64,000 nt of DNA. Origin: Macrostomum lignano. Lineage: Eukaryota. Shown here piece after piece: positions 27,519 to 41,249 of this stretch (position 1 is the stretch's first letter; the number at the start of each line of letters is the position of its first letter). Under the pieces are notes generated by a model, which worked only from the letters and a program-made list of their open reading frames with translations, made no database searches and was not told where the DNA came from. The translations under genes were made by a program, and so were the position numbers. The stretch covers positions 1,623 to 65,622 of the forward strand of contig NIVC01003501.1 of the NCBI GenBank assembly GCA_002269645.1, in the 5' to 3' direction.

Positions 27519-30500
27519 TCAAGCCAGAGTTGACATGATATTCTTCAAGTTGCTATTCTTAGTTTTCTGCACTAGCAAGCACAGCTTGGTCATCGGCACC
27601 CGCTGCTCAGTGAGGTGCGGCAGCGAGATCGGTATCCTGTTGTAGTCGATCTTGTTCTCGAATATGCCGATGCTGTTGGGGATCAGTTCTGGCGACAGGT
27701 GCACCAGGAAGCCGTTGATGTACAGGCAGTTGCTAGCCTGATCCTCGGGCAGCTGGATCACCCGGTAGCTGTACGTGGCCTTCCAGTTGATCTCCTTGAT
27801 GGTCTTCTGCGCGGCCGGGTTCAAGCCGACAGCGATTACATTGGTGCCGGCCATGCAGACCAGATCCTTCAGCGAGGTTGTGCCCTTCTTGGTGTCCAGC
27901 TGGGGCACGGACACGATTGTCACCGGGTACTCGGGAACGTTTTAGCAACGCAGGTGGCGCCGGCCTCGTTCGTGTGAGTTGAGATGCCAACGATGATCTC
28001 CTTGCCTATGGGAAGGTGATTTTGAAGTAAAGCTTACAATAAGTAGCACTCAGGGGGCCGAAACCCAGGTGTGTGTCCAACGGCCCAGGCTCGATTCCAA
28101 GTGCAGTCACATTAACTTGTGGCTAAATTGGAATCTTCGCTTGGCTCTGCTCGTCCAACCCCCAAGGCGCAGTGAAGTGTACATGCCTGACGATAAATAA
28201 AGTCAGGGCCGCTGTACACTCCTGTGTGAGTGTGTGCCTGTGCGTATGACTGCGTACGTATCCGCGCGCTTGTGTGCCTGCTCAGGGGAGTCGGTGGAAT
28301 GGGCAGCAATGCCTCTCGCCAGTTGTGCGAGAACGTCGCTTAAAGTGCGCCAGGGTGCACACAGCCCCCTTCCAGTTATTATTAGGCTACTAATGCGAGA
28401 GTCGGCCCGCAGATGGCGAGAAGACAAGAAGTCATGCCGCCTGAGCATGACCCCTGGGCACGCACACAATCGTCGGGCATGTACATTGTGCACTTTAACT
28501 TGGGGATAGAGCCCCAAATGGGTGTGACTTTTTGAAATCAGTAAACTATCAAAGCTTCAAACTTTTGAACTTGCACAATAGATCTGTAGGGCGTTAGCAC
28601 TAAAATAAATTACTACTTACTAGTGTAAGATTTGAAACCTTGGGTTCAAGCCTGAATTTACAAATTATATTAACAGCTCATTAACTTACCAGTGAATAGT
28701 ACATCGCTACCTTCAAGCTGGGCTCCATCAATGGAGATCTCGGCCACTTTCATGCCTAGCTGACGCTTCAAAGTCTGTCGTATGGCACTTATCTGCATAG
28801 GAATTATAATTATATTATAAAAAACTATTTATTTAGTTTTAATCTATGACTAAAGCCAAGGTTTTTATACTTTAGAATATATTGAATTATGGCAACTAGT
28901 TGTTTCACCCATAAACTGTTTTGGCCATGGACATTTCACCCCTAGACCATTTTGCCCATAGACCATTTTGGCTTAAGCCAATTAGACTAGTTTGGCAAAG
29001 GTAGCAACAAATGTAAATGCCCAAACTTGGAGAAAGAATTGATTGAATAATTGATTCTTAATTGGTGACAAATCTTATACTTTTAGAATTTTTGGTTTTA
29101 CCTTGCTTGTAACTGAAACCCTTTCTCTTGATCTACTAATTGAAATGGCTTATCGCTTATCATGCTTTTGAAAGGAATAACTTTCTTAAAAAAACTTGTA
29201 ATGATTCACAATCTTATTAAACACAATTGTCAGTGTTGGGCACCAGTCTGTTAATAAGCGTTAATCCATTAATAAGCATTAAGATTTTTTTAAACTAACA
29301 GATTAACAAATTTGTATTAATAATTTTGTGAGTAAACAACAAATTCATTGTTAACATTAATGGCAATATCAATGACCAAAGATGAAAAGAAAAAACAAAA
29401 ATATGTCTGACAAGAAGTTACAATATTACAAATGTTTTTGAATTTACCTAAATGCTTTATTCATCTCTGTTTATAACAATGATCATGCAAATGTAACAAC
29501 TTCTTACTAATGAACTTTAAAAAAGAATTAAAATTGTGAAATTTATTGCTTTTGCGTGAGCATCAATCATTTTGATTCACTTTTTTAACAATATTTTGTG
29601 ACTTTCTGCTGCGCCTGCTAATGCTACTAAAGCAACCTTCTTATTCATATTTTATTATTAACTAATTAGCTTTTAAGTTTCAAATAAATAAGTTACTTTT
29701 TACTGTTTTCTTACTTTTAGTAGTATTATGCATACAAGTTTTATAAATTATTATTTATTACTTTTTAGCTTATAAATCACTTAGATGATCTCTGTGTTTT
29801 GCTAAAAAGATGAAAAAGCAAACACAGTACATTATGAAGTCTGTTTTGGAAAAAAAGTGCAAGATTTATCTATTAAGTGAGTTAACTTTAATAGATTAAT
29901 GCTTATTAATGATTATCAATTAATTTCCAGTTAACTTTAAAAAAATTAAGAGTTAATAAGTTAAGATTATTTGTTTTAACACTAATGCTTTTGCCATTCA
30001 TGGAAGTTAAGATTTTCATTAGGGTGCCCAACACTGACAATTGTAATAATTCATGTTGTGTAGCAACAATTCATATTGTATTATACAATAAAACTAAATA
30101 TTAGCATTAAATAGTATTGAAAAGACAAATCTAAAGATACATATAGAGCTAAATCTCTAAATTATATAATTACCATTCTGGCCAAAATGCTCATAGCCAA
30201 ACTGGTTTATAGGCAAAACAGACTATGGGCAAAATGGTCTAAAGGCAAAATGTCCAGGGCCAAAATTTTTAGGGGCAAAACAACTGGAATTCTAAATTAT
30301 AATTGAACTCAATTTTATTGTCATTAAGCAATCAACAATTGCTTGATTGAAGCTTTATTACTGACAAATTGCCTTTTCTTAAAGATAAAACAACATAGAC
30401 AAAATATCTTAGGATAATAAATATAAATAAAAATATGTATGGTCAAGTTATCATTAATTATTATTTGTAATATTAAGAAGTATTACTATAGTAAATTTTT

Positions 30501-30936
30501 AGTGACTAGTTTTACTGTCAGACTTGGAATTATAGATGGAATGTTTGCTGAGCTTAGATTCATGCAGTCTAAACTTACTTTTCCTCAAAAAACTATATTT
30601 GGGCCAATTATAGTTTATATTGGCAATATTATACATCAATTTAAAAAAAACTTTCTAGTCAAGTCAAATAGATATGCTTACCTCTCCTTGCCTATTGCCA
30701 TATGGATTGCACATTAAAGCAATGTTGTTGATAATTACTGCAGTGTCATCAACAAATGGACTAGTTGGATGCCGCTCTTCAACGTCAATTTCTAAAACAT
30801 CCATAAAACTTTGTCTTAAAATTTCAACAAGATTTTCATGCTCCGCCCTTGCTGTTTCAATGTCAATTTTTGGGTACTTTTGAGAAAAAGACTGTGGAAT
30901 CTTTTGAACGATGGCATAGTTGTACTTAAATGCCAT
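27519..30936 (-). CDS. DDAH: dimethylarginine dimethylaminohydrolase-like protein (~281 aa), predicted non-catalytic; 1-nt deletion in exon 3
   Basis: Exons 30682-30936, 28690-28792, 27519-28005 (GT-AG). Motifs PFVDDTAV, LEGSDVLFTG, GISTHTN..GA, F[P]EYPV, MAG.NVIAVG, ASNCLYING. Exon 3 is 1 nt short at TTCCCGAG (~27932). Confidence 0.88.
28053..28384 (+). mobile_element. SINE family A, copy 2 (A box missing), in DDAH-like intron 2
   Basis: Body nearly identical to 7430-7740; B box GGCTCGATTCC retained. Confidence 0.9.
28890..30292. mobile_element. old fold-back/MuDR-like element with ~100 bp diverged, internally repetitive terminal inverted repeats
   Basis: 28893-28975 aligns to the reverse complement of ~30205-30290 (TTTTGGCC.TGGACATTT..CC..TAGACCATTTTGCCCATAG); possible TSD T[G/A]AATTAT. 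Confidence 0.55.
29231..30036. mobile_element. non-autonomous hAT element (806 bp)
   Basis: 14-bp TIR CAGTGTTGGGCACC / GGTGCCCAACACTG; perfect 8-bp TSD ACAATTGT at 29223-29230 and 30037-30044. Confidence 0.9.
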
Positions 30937-33900
30937 TTTAGCGAGCACTGATAAAAAAGTTACTAATTGGGTTTACTTGGAACAGCGATTGATAAAGCAC
31001 GATTTAAGTCTCGCCTATATATAGCGCATAAATTACAAGGAATATAAATACAATTTGAAATTGAATGACAAATCTTGATTTATAGGAAATGAACCCTTAT
31101 ATTTTCTTTGTGTGTCTTTCAGGCTAATTTAAAATGCGATATGTCCGGCGTACTACTTTTGTCCGGCGTTTTACAGGTTGTAGGATGACTTTGTTATAGC
31201 ATATGAGATGCCCGGCGTATCTATACAATGGGTGTGTATAAAAGCTGGCACTGGCACATTGGACACATTCGACACCCCTTTTTATAACAAAATTAGATAT
31301 GAAAATGCAAAATAAACTTGCAGAGCTACTTTTAAAAAATTTTTAAAAAATGATAATAATAGAAATGACATCCTTGCTTTTGTGATAGATGATTTGTTAA
31401 ATATTCTTTGTATTATCGTTTTTTGTACATGTTTAATTTGGCATTCGATTTTTTAAAATAATCGCACATGCAAAAACTGTACAGCTTGCAATGCTATTAC
31501 TCTGTGATTTTACTACCCCGAAGGTTCTGTACTACAGGCGTACCGATTTAATGCTAAATATGCCTGATATATGAAATGATCAAACTAATAGTCAGAACTC
31601 AATTCTCCATAAAATGATGAAGCATTCTGCTCTTATCAAAAAACCACAACTTATTTTGTTAGGATTACTTCATGAAGAACGAACTTTGGATATTCCAAAT
31701 TGCAAGTATTTCTATAATAAAATAGTTAATACATTGGCAGATTATTTGATGAAAAAATTGCACCCAAAAAGTTTTTTTTACTTTGAAAGATGATGAAAAT
31801 ATTAATAATTTCCAAGCTTCTTCTTTTATTAGTTCAATTACTTTTTGTATGATTTCAACCAACAAAAAAGGAATAGTTACTCAGTGAAAGTTCAAATTAC
31901 AGTCTCTTCTTTATATACAATCCTTTTAAGAAAACCTTTATTATTATGAATAATTTGCCAAGTCATGATATTTAAGAAATTGTGCTAATCATTTAAATTA
32001 TGAGTTAAAAAATGCAAGCATATAAGTAAAAAATCTACCCTATAGACCAAGAAGTCTTTTTACTGAAAAGTTATATGTGACGCTTTGAATAAACAACATA
32101 TAAACCATCTTCACATAACATTAATTGTCATTTATTTCAGACCTAAATCCTTTAGCACATTAAATATTCTGCACGTATGTTGCAGGGTATACTTCCTTCT
32201 TCTAAAATCCTACAAATGACACAAAGTTTTAATAGGCAAATTTATTAGTATTGTTTATATTAATATTTCTATGTTTATGAGAAGTTTTCCAATAAGAACA
32301 AGTTCCCAATCATTAAAACACGATTTTTTAATTCTAATGTCTAAAATTATGGTGTTCTAAGGGACCAAGTGATAGGTTTTAAGCTACTATTAGCACCTGC
32401 ATGATTTATTTATTTAATACCTACACATTCCTTAATATCTATAGTTTGCCTAATTGCCTAATTGCTAACCCTAATTCTAGCCTTCTTGGCTTACAAGTTT
32501 GAGTCTTCACAGCATATTATTCAATTCAAGCCCTACTAATTTTATTAGCCTCTCTTAATTTTATAAAATAATAATTTTCTTTAGTGTAACTGCTCCAAAA
32601 ATTTAAATTTTAATTTAAGTAGTGTGCCGAAACACCACTTGCACCATTACAGCCCTGTCTATAATTTTTTTGTGCTAATTGGTTGACCACTTTCAATAAT
32701 TTTCTTGGGTCAAGAGTGTGATATCTGCATATCGCAGCATGAATTTTTTAAAGAATCCCTAATTTTATACAAGGAATCATATATATTTATAGAAAGTTAG
32801 CTCTTAGAGTAGAGATAAAGTACATAAGACTATTAAAAGCAACTTTTCATACAATTGCTTATGGTAATGATTTCTATTGTTATAAAGTTACAAATAAATA
32901 AAAAGTTACATTGCATTTAAACTGTTCTTTATGAGTTGTAAGCCTTTCAACTCAGAGTGCACTTCAATTGCTTTAATATACATTGCTAGATGTTATTTAG
33001 CATTTCTTTGTTATTTATCATTTAACTCATTGCATTGTTTAATTGCTAATTTCATTTGCTCAGCTGCAATATTTATTACTTTTTTATTAATGCCAATGTT
33101 TGTTATACTTTTTCTCCCAATTTTTAGTGTTTGTGGTATTCTTTTGTCAAATTTTAATTTTTCAGCTGTATCTATCTTTACAAAAAATTGTACCTGTAAA
33201 CTTATGGTTTTTTGCTTACAATGGTACTGTACTAAATTATATTTTATTTCCTTGTTAGATTCTCTAAATTGAAAAAGTAATGCACTGCTTTATTATCATG
33301 CATATTGAATATTAAGGATAGTTAGTATTCCTTCCTTGAAAAAGATTCTAGAGTTGGATTCTTTTTGATAAGAGAATAAATAATTTATTGAGTTTAAATG
33401 TTTTTAAAACATTAATTAATTGCATTTTGATGGAAATCATAACTTAAAAAATTATTCGTTTTTTTATTTAAGACACGGGGGATTTCAAAAGTCCATATTA
33501 ACAACAAATCAAACATTAAAATTATGGGAGAGAGAGAGAGAGAAGTATTAGATTCACTTTCACCATTGCTGTTGATTTATGGAAAGGCAGTAAACAAGCC
33601 AGAGCAGCTGCAAATTGTCAAATATGCCATGTCCGGCTATAAAATTCTGCAACTAGTCTGCTGCTCACTTTTTCCAACGTTTATTGAGGACAAGAAACGG
33701 CATTTAATGTTTCTATGTTTTCTGTAAGTGCACAAACTAGGTAAATGAAAATGACGTACCGAAAGTAGTTCGACAATAAAGCAAGATAAGAAATGAATTT
33801 AAATGTAGTATAAAACTTGTTGATACTACCAATCTCATGGTTGTTAGAAGTATATGAAAAAGTGCAATTATAAATAAATATTTACATTTTCATTCGAAAG

Positions 33901-34981
33901 CCAAAGTATATTTATTCAAGCAAAACAACGACCAAAACTCGATTTTTGTTAACATAAGGGGTGTCCAATGTGCCAATGGTGCCCTGCTTTTATACATACC
34001 CTCTATACAATAACGTTCACAGCAAAAATAGTCTGGAGAAAGAGAGAGCTGTTGCATCTTTTTTCTCGCTTTTATGTCTGCTACCTGGTTCTTTTTTATT
34101 ATGAGCTTCTGTGTGTGTCTAAAAGTGGAGATTTAACCTTTTCCCTATATGCCGTGAACTCAACATTTAACTGAGTTTTTACCTATGAGTTGTCTTGCAT
34201 CCACATGTTGGCAAAATGCTTAAATATTATTAGAGTTGTCTTTTTTAAAGTTGACAAATGCTGGAGCGGTGCAGTTCTATAATTCATGTCGAAACACGCG
34301 ACCTTCTACTTCAAGTAAATAAGTATGATATATATAGACATGCATATATATAGACGTGTACATGTATTTTGTATGTACATGTACAGTATGAGTGCAATCT
34401 AACGAGTAAAGTTAGGATGGCTGATGCAGAATAATGCACAATGGAAACAATCTTCAAGCGGCTCTGTGACTGTTGTTATGATATGACAATTTACAACTTT
34501 ACCCCACAAGGTACGGTGAATGAGCAATTATACAAATAATAATCATTATAATTGTTTTCATCCTAAATACATAAATCGGAAAGTACATACTTCATGATCA
34601 CAAAAAATTTAACAAACAGCAAACGGAGATTTCGCTTATTTATCAATCGTACGTACAAGTACGTCTGGAATCTGTGGGTTTAAAAGTGCTGCTAAATTTA
34701 GATCATGCAACAACTTGCGGAAAACATTTGAATGGAAGGACGATATGAGAAGCCACTCCATACAGCAATCGTCTGTTCATAGCTTGACGTATCTAAAAGA
34801 TCCATGCTAGAATACTTTTCCGTGGAGCAAAAGAGCAATGCACAACTGCAAACGAGCGTGAAGCATCTGAAATCCGCATTCACTTTCAAGGATTAAATAT
34901 CATTTAGCGGCAGAGTAGATAAAGATAAACTCGATCATTTGGCAGCGACGAGCGTACATGTGATTCATAACGATAGTTTTT

Positions 34982-37958
34982 CTATAGCACGCTGCAGCAT
35001 CTTCTCTGGCTGCCGCAGCCGCTGTCGCTGTCGCTACCATGTCGACGCCGACGTCGAAGGTCCACAGCGCTTGAGCCGTTGCGCATCTGCATGGAGCTGT
35101 TCGCCAAGCTGACTCCAGTAGCGCCGCTGCGACCAACTAAGGAGTAGTACTTCAGCAGTTTGCGGGCCACCTCTCTCAGCATGTCGGACACACCGTCGCC
35201 TTTTGTTAAGGAAATGTAAGTAAAAATACTGAAGGAGGATGCATACATTTTTAGTTACCGTTGTATCAGCACGTTCGTATCGCTTGTTTACGTAATATTT
35301 AGCGATGCTTCATGCCTCCATAAATGAATCCTATTCAACTGTTTTAAAGAAACCTGCACTTGCTTTGTGCCACACAAGCTTCAACCTGCCGTTCGCACAT
35401 GTAGATGCAGGCTCAAACTGCGTCATCATTAAGAGAACATAATTTCAAACAACCTGCAGGCGAAAAACTTAAAGTGCAACTGATCCACAGTTTTGAGCAT
35501 TTAAAAGTAATAGCTGCAATGCAAACAAGCGCGGGCCTTCAAATAATTTTCATTATCTGATGGCGCAACGTCCTGAAAAAACGGTAACTCCTTCTAGTGG
35601 TCCTTGATTTAATGATTGCTGCATGCACCTACTGACCTGTTTTTGCAGATACAGACGAGATGAGCTTGCAGTTGAATGTTGCTGCAAAGTTTTGCAGTTG
35701 CTCCTGCGTTATAGCCGGATTGAGGTCGTTCTTATTGGCCACGATCACCTTCAGGCCTATTGAATTGGAAGTGTGTGGGTGACTTGAGGAGCTGGGACCG
35801 CTATTTTGCTGCTTCAGTTCGTGTCCTAGTCTAGCATTGTAGTTATGTAGGCTACATGCAAGCGTATAGGCCACAACCCCCTTGTAGCATAATCTAGCCT
35901 AGTGGTCAGAGCGTCGGACTCGTACGACTTGAAGGTCGGGGGTTCGATTCTCGACCGAATCGGAACAATTTGTGTCCTTGAGCAAGACACTTAGTTCTGC
36001 ATTGCTTCAGTTCACCCAGCTGTAAGATGGGTGCCAGCATTAGCTGGGGTATTTGAGGCTGTGTGGTGACCCCCCAGTCCTTAGACTGAACAGCCGTACG
36101 CAGCCTTCAGATGCTCCGCGCAATAGCTGCGGCTGAGCTGTCGGTTGCACATCTGGCCCAATTGGGGCAGGTGTAATAAAAAATAATATTAGCTAATTCA
36201 CTCACAGTCTTTACAATAAAAGTCCACATCCTGATTCCATCGGTGTAGACTGTCTAACGAAGTTTTATCGTCACTACTGCAGGTTAGTAGTACGCAGTGC
36301 GTATTTCTGTAGTAGTTTCTAGTTAGTGTGCGAAATCTTTCCACGCCAGCTGTGTCCCAGAGAGCGAACTGTTGATTGATTGACAAGGTTGTACTTTAGT
36401 ATCAAGCAGGTGTATGAATCATGTGGCATCCACAAAGAATGACCGTGTTTTAAAAGGCTATCATATGTCAATCCATAAACTATCGTATGTCTTGAGTATC
36501 ACAGAGAGGCAGCCAAAATTCTGAGTAAAGAAATTGGACTCCTATAGCTGAAAAATAAGGGTTAGTCTTCTAAATTGCCAACGAGTTTTTTAAACCATGC
36601 AGCCAGGCAACCCGATGAAGCACTGTGGAACAATGGTTCAAAGCATTCTATAGAGAGAGTAAGGCGATGCTGGCTCCCGACCAGAACGGAATACTTTATC
36701 GATCTGTTGAAACAGTTGGGAATCAGTACTCAAAGAAAGAAATATGAAGTCATGGTCATGCGGGATTCGTTTGACACAAAAAGCACAGGCTCCCCCTCCC
36801 AGCCTCCACTGAGCCCCATAGCCAATATGCCGGAAGTGAGAGCAGATGGAGAGGTTCAGGCGACTTGGGGCAACTAAAATACATGGATTAAAAGTGCTTT
36901 TTTCTTTCTATATGGCACGGAGATAGGATGAGTGGCCAGGCTACTATGGCAAGGAAGAATACGCATGCTGAGTCTGCTTCCGACACGACGCGTCCTGGCA
37001 ACCCGAGAGCAGCGCTATATGCTATTCTATAGAACTAAAGGCATCAACCAAAACCAGCTGGTCTGTTTTTAATAAACAATTTAGAAGGCCCAGCGTCTAC
37101 AATTTCCTACGAGATTTAAAAGCTCTTATAGTTTACCAAAGCTGTTAATTAGATGCAGGGTAAAAATGGCTGATGAAGAATTGGTGAATTGTATATTAAG
37201 GGGAGACAGCATCAGTTTTCGTTGATTGGTCCACTGAACCTGAACGGGAAGTTTTAGAAGTTTTTTTTTCAGTAGCATTGGTAGTGAGAAAAAGGTTGGT
37301 TAAAATATGGCATCACAATGAGAAGCCGTACCCCTCACGTTTGACTATAGTGGCTTGTGGGTGTAGGAAATTTCCCGGAACTGAACTGACGGCTTAGTTC
37401 ACACTGGCTCTCTCGCCCGTCTCTTCCTCTGCCCGCATGTCTTCCTCCACGTTAAAAAAGGTTTCCAGGCGTGCCTACCAGCCTGGTTACAAGCTCTCGA
37501 TACGCTCACAGATGCGAGGCTGCTGAGCAAACTAGCAGACAAGAAGACTTATAGCATGATTGTTTCCTTCAAAGCTATTGACAAAATTTGATTCTATTCT
37601 CGGTGGCAACAAGAAAGAAGCGAATGAAATGCAAGTCTCTTCTGCAAGACACCATTCAAGGTGAGTCCTGTACACCCGCACCACTGCACACCGGCTGAAA
37701 TCAAAGCACTATTTTTAATATTCTGCTCTGCTAAAACTGCTGACTGACAACTATGCATGAAAATTAAAAACTGACCTTAACACGAGCCTCATCAACTTCG
37801 ACTGACGTGCTGCAGCTGTCGATGCCTACGGTGACATCGGCGCTGAAGATGTCCTCCTTGATGCGCATAAACAGCGAAGTCTTGCCAACGCCACTCTCGC
37901 CAATGAGAACCAGCTTAAACATTGGCGTCCGCAGCATTGAGTACCTGTGATCTTGCAT
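34982..37958 (-). CDS. divergent Rab-family small GTPase (~227 aa) with C-terminal CCSVL prenylation motif
   Basis: Exons 37776-37958, 36206-36368, 35637-35756, 34982-35199; phases consistent. G1 GESGVGKT, G2 TVGID, G3 WDTAGVE, RabF-like RFRTLTRNYYR, G4 NKND, G5 SAK. The start ATG is uncertain. Confidence 0.9.
35881..36180 (+). mobile_element. tRNA-derived CORE-like SINE, family B, copy 1
   Basis: A box TAGCCTAGTGG, B box GGTTCGATTC, central GTGTCCTTGAGCAAGACACTTA..TTCAGTTCACCCAGCTGTAA; five copies in the window. Confidence 0.9.
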
Positions 37959-38541
37959 GACCTCCCCGGTGATCCAAAACTCTGCAGTGGGGGTCAATTT
38001 AGGACGCTGACAACCGGAAATTAGTAGGCTTAGGCCAGGCTGCTAAGTAATTAAGTTCTTGGTATCGCGCAAGTTATTCCAACTCGGAGCTTTTTTGCAA
38101 AATCAAGAAATGCAGAAATTTACTCTGTATAAGAACCTTTCACTCTGTGCACATTCCAGCACCCACCCCAGGGCAGCAAGATAAGAAAGTGCAGCCAAAA
38201 TCTGTTTATGGTAGTACAAGCCTGAGATCAAACTGCAGGGACCAAAACGATGTACAAAGTGGGCAATGTTTGTTCTTGTGAACGTCAGCAACTGAAATAG
38301 CTGTTCAAAGAAATGACGACATGTTTGGGTAGTAATTTTAGATTGCAAATAAAATAACTTTTACAGCATATCACGAGTATAAATTTCCCTGCAATCACAC
38401 GAAGGATTGTTAATTTCTATTTACAGGAAATGACCATCTGAATTTACACTTTTGTTCAAATTAGTAATGACAATAAATGATTCGTTTGTATACATCAGAT
38501 TTTTGGAACCGATAGAACTTTGGACCGTATATACCATTAAA

Positions 38542-38835
38542 GGGTTGTAGCCTAGTGGTTAGCGAGTCGGAATCACGTCTGAAAGGTCGGGGGTTCGATT
38601 CTCGACCCACTTGGAACAATTTGTGTCCTTGAGCAAGACACTTAACTCTGCATTGCTTCAGTTCACCCAGCTGTAAATGAGTGCCAGCATTAGCTGGGGT
38701 ATTTGAGGCTGTGTGGTGACCCCACAGTCCTTGGACTGAACAGCCGTACGCAGCCTTCAGATGCGCCGCGCAATAGCTGCGGCTGAGCTGTCGGTTGCAC
38801 ATCTGGCCCAATCGGGGCAGTTGTAATCAATTATT
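38542..38835 (+). mobile_element. SINE family B, copy 2
   Basis: Full length; highly similar to copy 1. Confidence 0.9.
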
Positions 38836-38996
38836 ATTTCTATTATACCTTACCTATAAGCACGTATACGTATAAGAACTGACCACTTTAAAGAATATCT
38901 AGCAAGTTATAGATAAACTTTTCTTCTATAAGGGTTCCGACTTGAATTCCGAACATTAACTAAAATCACCATTACCTGCACACCACCCCCTTCCTG

Positions 38997-41160
38997 ATGC
39001 TCAGAGCCCAGCTCAGCGGCAAAAGTCTGAGCGCCAGCACTAGCGGAGCAGGAGGCCACGGGGCTTCTGCGCTTGTCAGCGACATAAATCGCGATGCTGA
39101 CCGACAGAGCGCGCGCTTCTTCGGCATTCACAAGGTGGCGCAGTCCAAACAGCGGGGCCGCGGGCCCCAGCTCAGCGAGTGCTACGTCCTGCTGCCTGGA
39201 GAGGGTGTCGTCAACATTCCGTTTGATGAGGCTGGAGATTCTGAGGCGACTCTGGCTAGTGTTGGACAGCAACTGGAGCTGCAGACTGGATTCGCCATGT
39301 CTGCCTGTTGCTTGGTGCCCAGCAGTAAGAATTTCGTCTGAAGCATTGTAGCCTTTTATTTACTAGATCTTTTGATAAAGAACTCGATTGGAGCAATAGA
39401 CAGCTAGCGGCTTCGAAGTCGTCACCTACCGGAAGTCACTGAAGTCAGTTAGCGCTCAGTCCTGTGTCATAAGAGGTCCCGGGATCAATTCCAGGTTTGA
39501 TAAAAAATGTAGGACTCATAGGACTTTTGAACTCTCATAAGTATATTTATTAAAGCGCCATCTTCTTCCAAATTGTCGTCTATTAGGTGAAGTCGCCAAT
39601 CGACGTGAAAACGCCGGTAGCCGGATCTTTCATGGTGCAACGCTGAGCCTGAGCCTGCAGCCGGCCTACCAGCAGCTGCTGACAGACGTGCAGGCGGGCA
39701 ACTGCTCCGGGGTGCGAGCCTGGCTGCTAGCGGCTGCCAGAGCGGCTCCAGGCGGCGGTGTTGAAGCAGCCGACGGTCGACTTAGGCTACGACCGGTCGC
39801 GCACGCGGGGCTCCTGCTGGCCTGCTGCCTTGGAAGCCTGACTTTTGTGCGCCTGTTTCTCCAGAGCATGCGTGAGTGCTGGCTGGGACCGATAGAGAAA
39901 GTAACACTCTTCGAAATTGTCATCCAAGTCTTCACTTAGTAACAGAAAATCTTCGTGTGACAACAACAGAATGCACAGGCCACGAGTGGCCACAAAGGAG
40001 GCTAAGGTACGCTCGTATCAGAACAAACGCATTTAGGCCGCACTTCTCAAGAAGTGAGCTCCCTCAGTCAGAGTCAGAACTGGGTCTCTCGCATCCCTCA
40101 GAAGCAGCTGGCTCCGTCCATCCAGCTTCTCCAGGTCATCCGTCAGGGTCCATATAATAATGAGGATATGTATGTATAATAACTATGAATAATTATTCAT
40201 GTTCAGCCAGCAACTTTCAAGAAAATACGCCAAAACCCTAGCAAAAGTGGGCACTAGAAGTACTAAGAGTAACCTAAAATCAGCTGGCTAGGCTATTTTG
40301 CTAAAAGTTGCCCCTTTAACTCTGCTGTCAACATATTTTCTATAATTGCAAGTGCACTTAATTGCTAGTTCTAGACAGACAATCTACAGTCCGTCACTAC
40401 TTGGGTTTAGAGATAAGCCTTGAGCATGCTCAGGCGAGAGCCCAAATCTTTAATTTCATTCGGAAGAACCCAGCGCGCGTTGCAGTTCGCTGAAGCAACG
40501 AATTAGAAGAAAGTGGCGCTTAAAATGACGCTTTTGGTTCCTAAAGTGGGCATTTTTGTTTAAACTGCTGATAGCAGGATCCTTTCTTCCAGAATCAAGG
40601 TGCGCATTCGAACAAACCGAATAAACCGTTCTTGAGAATTACCTTGAAACTGAATATAGATACTTTCATTATTCGATAGCAATGCGGAAAGCTAAGTGAA
40701 ATTCTGTAAAGGTTTCAGGAATACGAGTATTTGCATTTTTACCAAGAGAAAAATAAGAATACTAATAATATTCGATTACACCTGCCTTAATGGCCAGATG
40801 TGCAACCGACAGCTCAGCCACAGCTATTGCGCGGCGCATCTGAAGGCTGCGTACGGCTGTTCAGTCCAAGGACTGGGGGGTCGCCACACACAGCCTCAAT
40901 TACCCCAGCTATTGCTGGCACCCATTTTACAGCTGGGTGAACTGAAGCAATGCAGAGTTAAGTGTCCTGCTCAAGGACACAAATTGTTCCGATTGGGTCG
41001 AGAAAGTACGTCTCAATACATGATTGCTAATGTTAAATTTAAATCAGCAATCAGATTAAAAGCGGTGGGTTTCAACACCAACTACTTAGAAAGTAGTAAA
41101 ATCTATTAGGTATGTATTAAAATGTATGAAGAGTTCGCTTCAGCACACTAGAGAGAGAGG

Positions 41161-41249
<89 letters not shown>

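Noticed and set aside
36060-36160. Structured 3' part of SINE B as a possible ribozyme
   Set aside because: No hammerhead CUGANGA/GAAA core or HDV helix order found by eye.
36575-36877. 100-aa + strand ORF in Rab intron 1
   Set aside because: No motif, splice support or codon bias.
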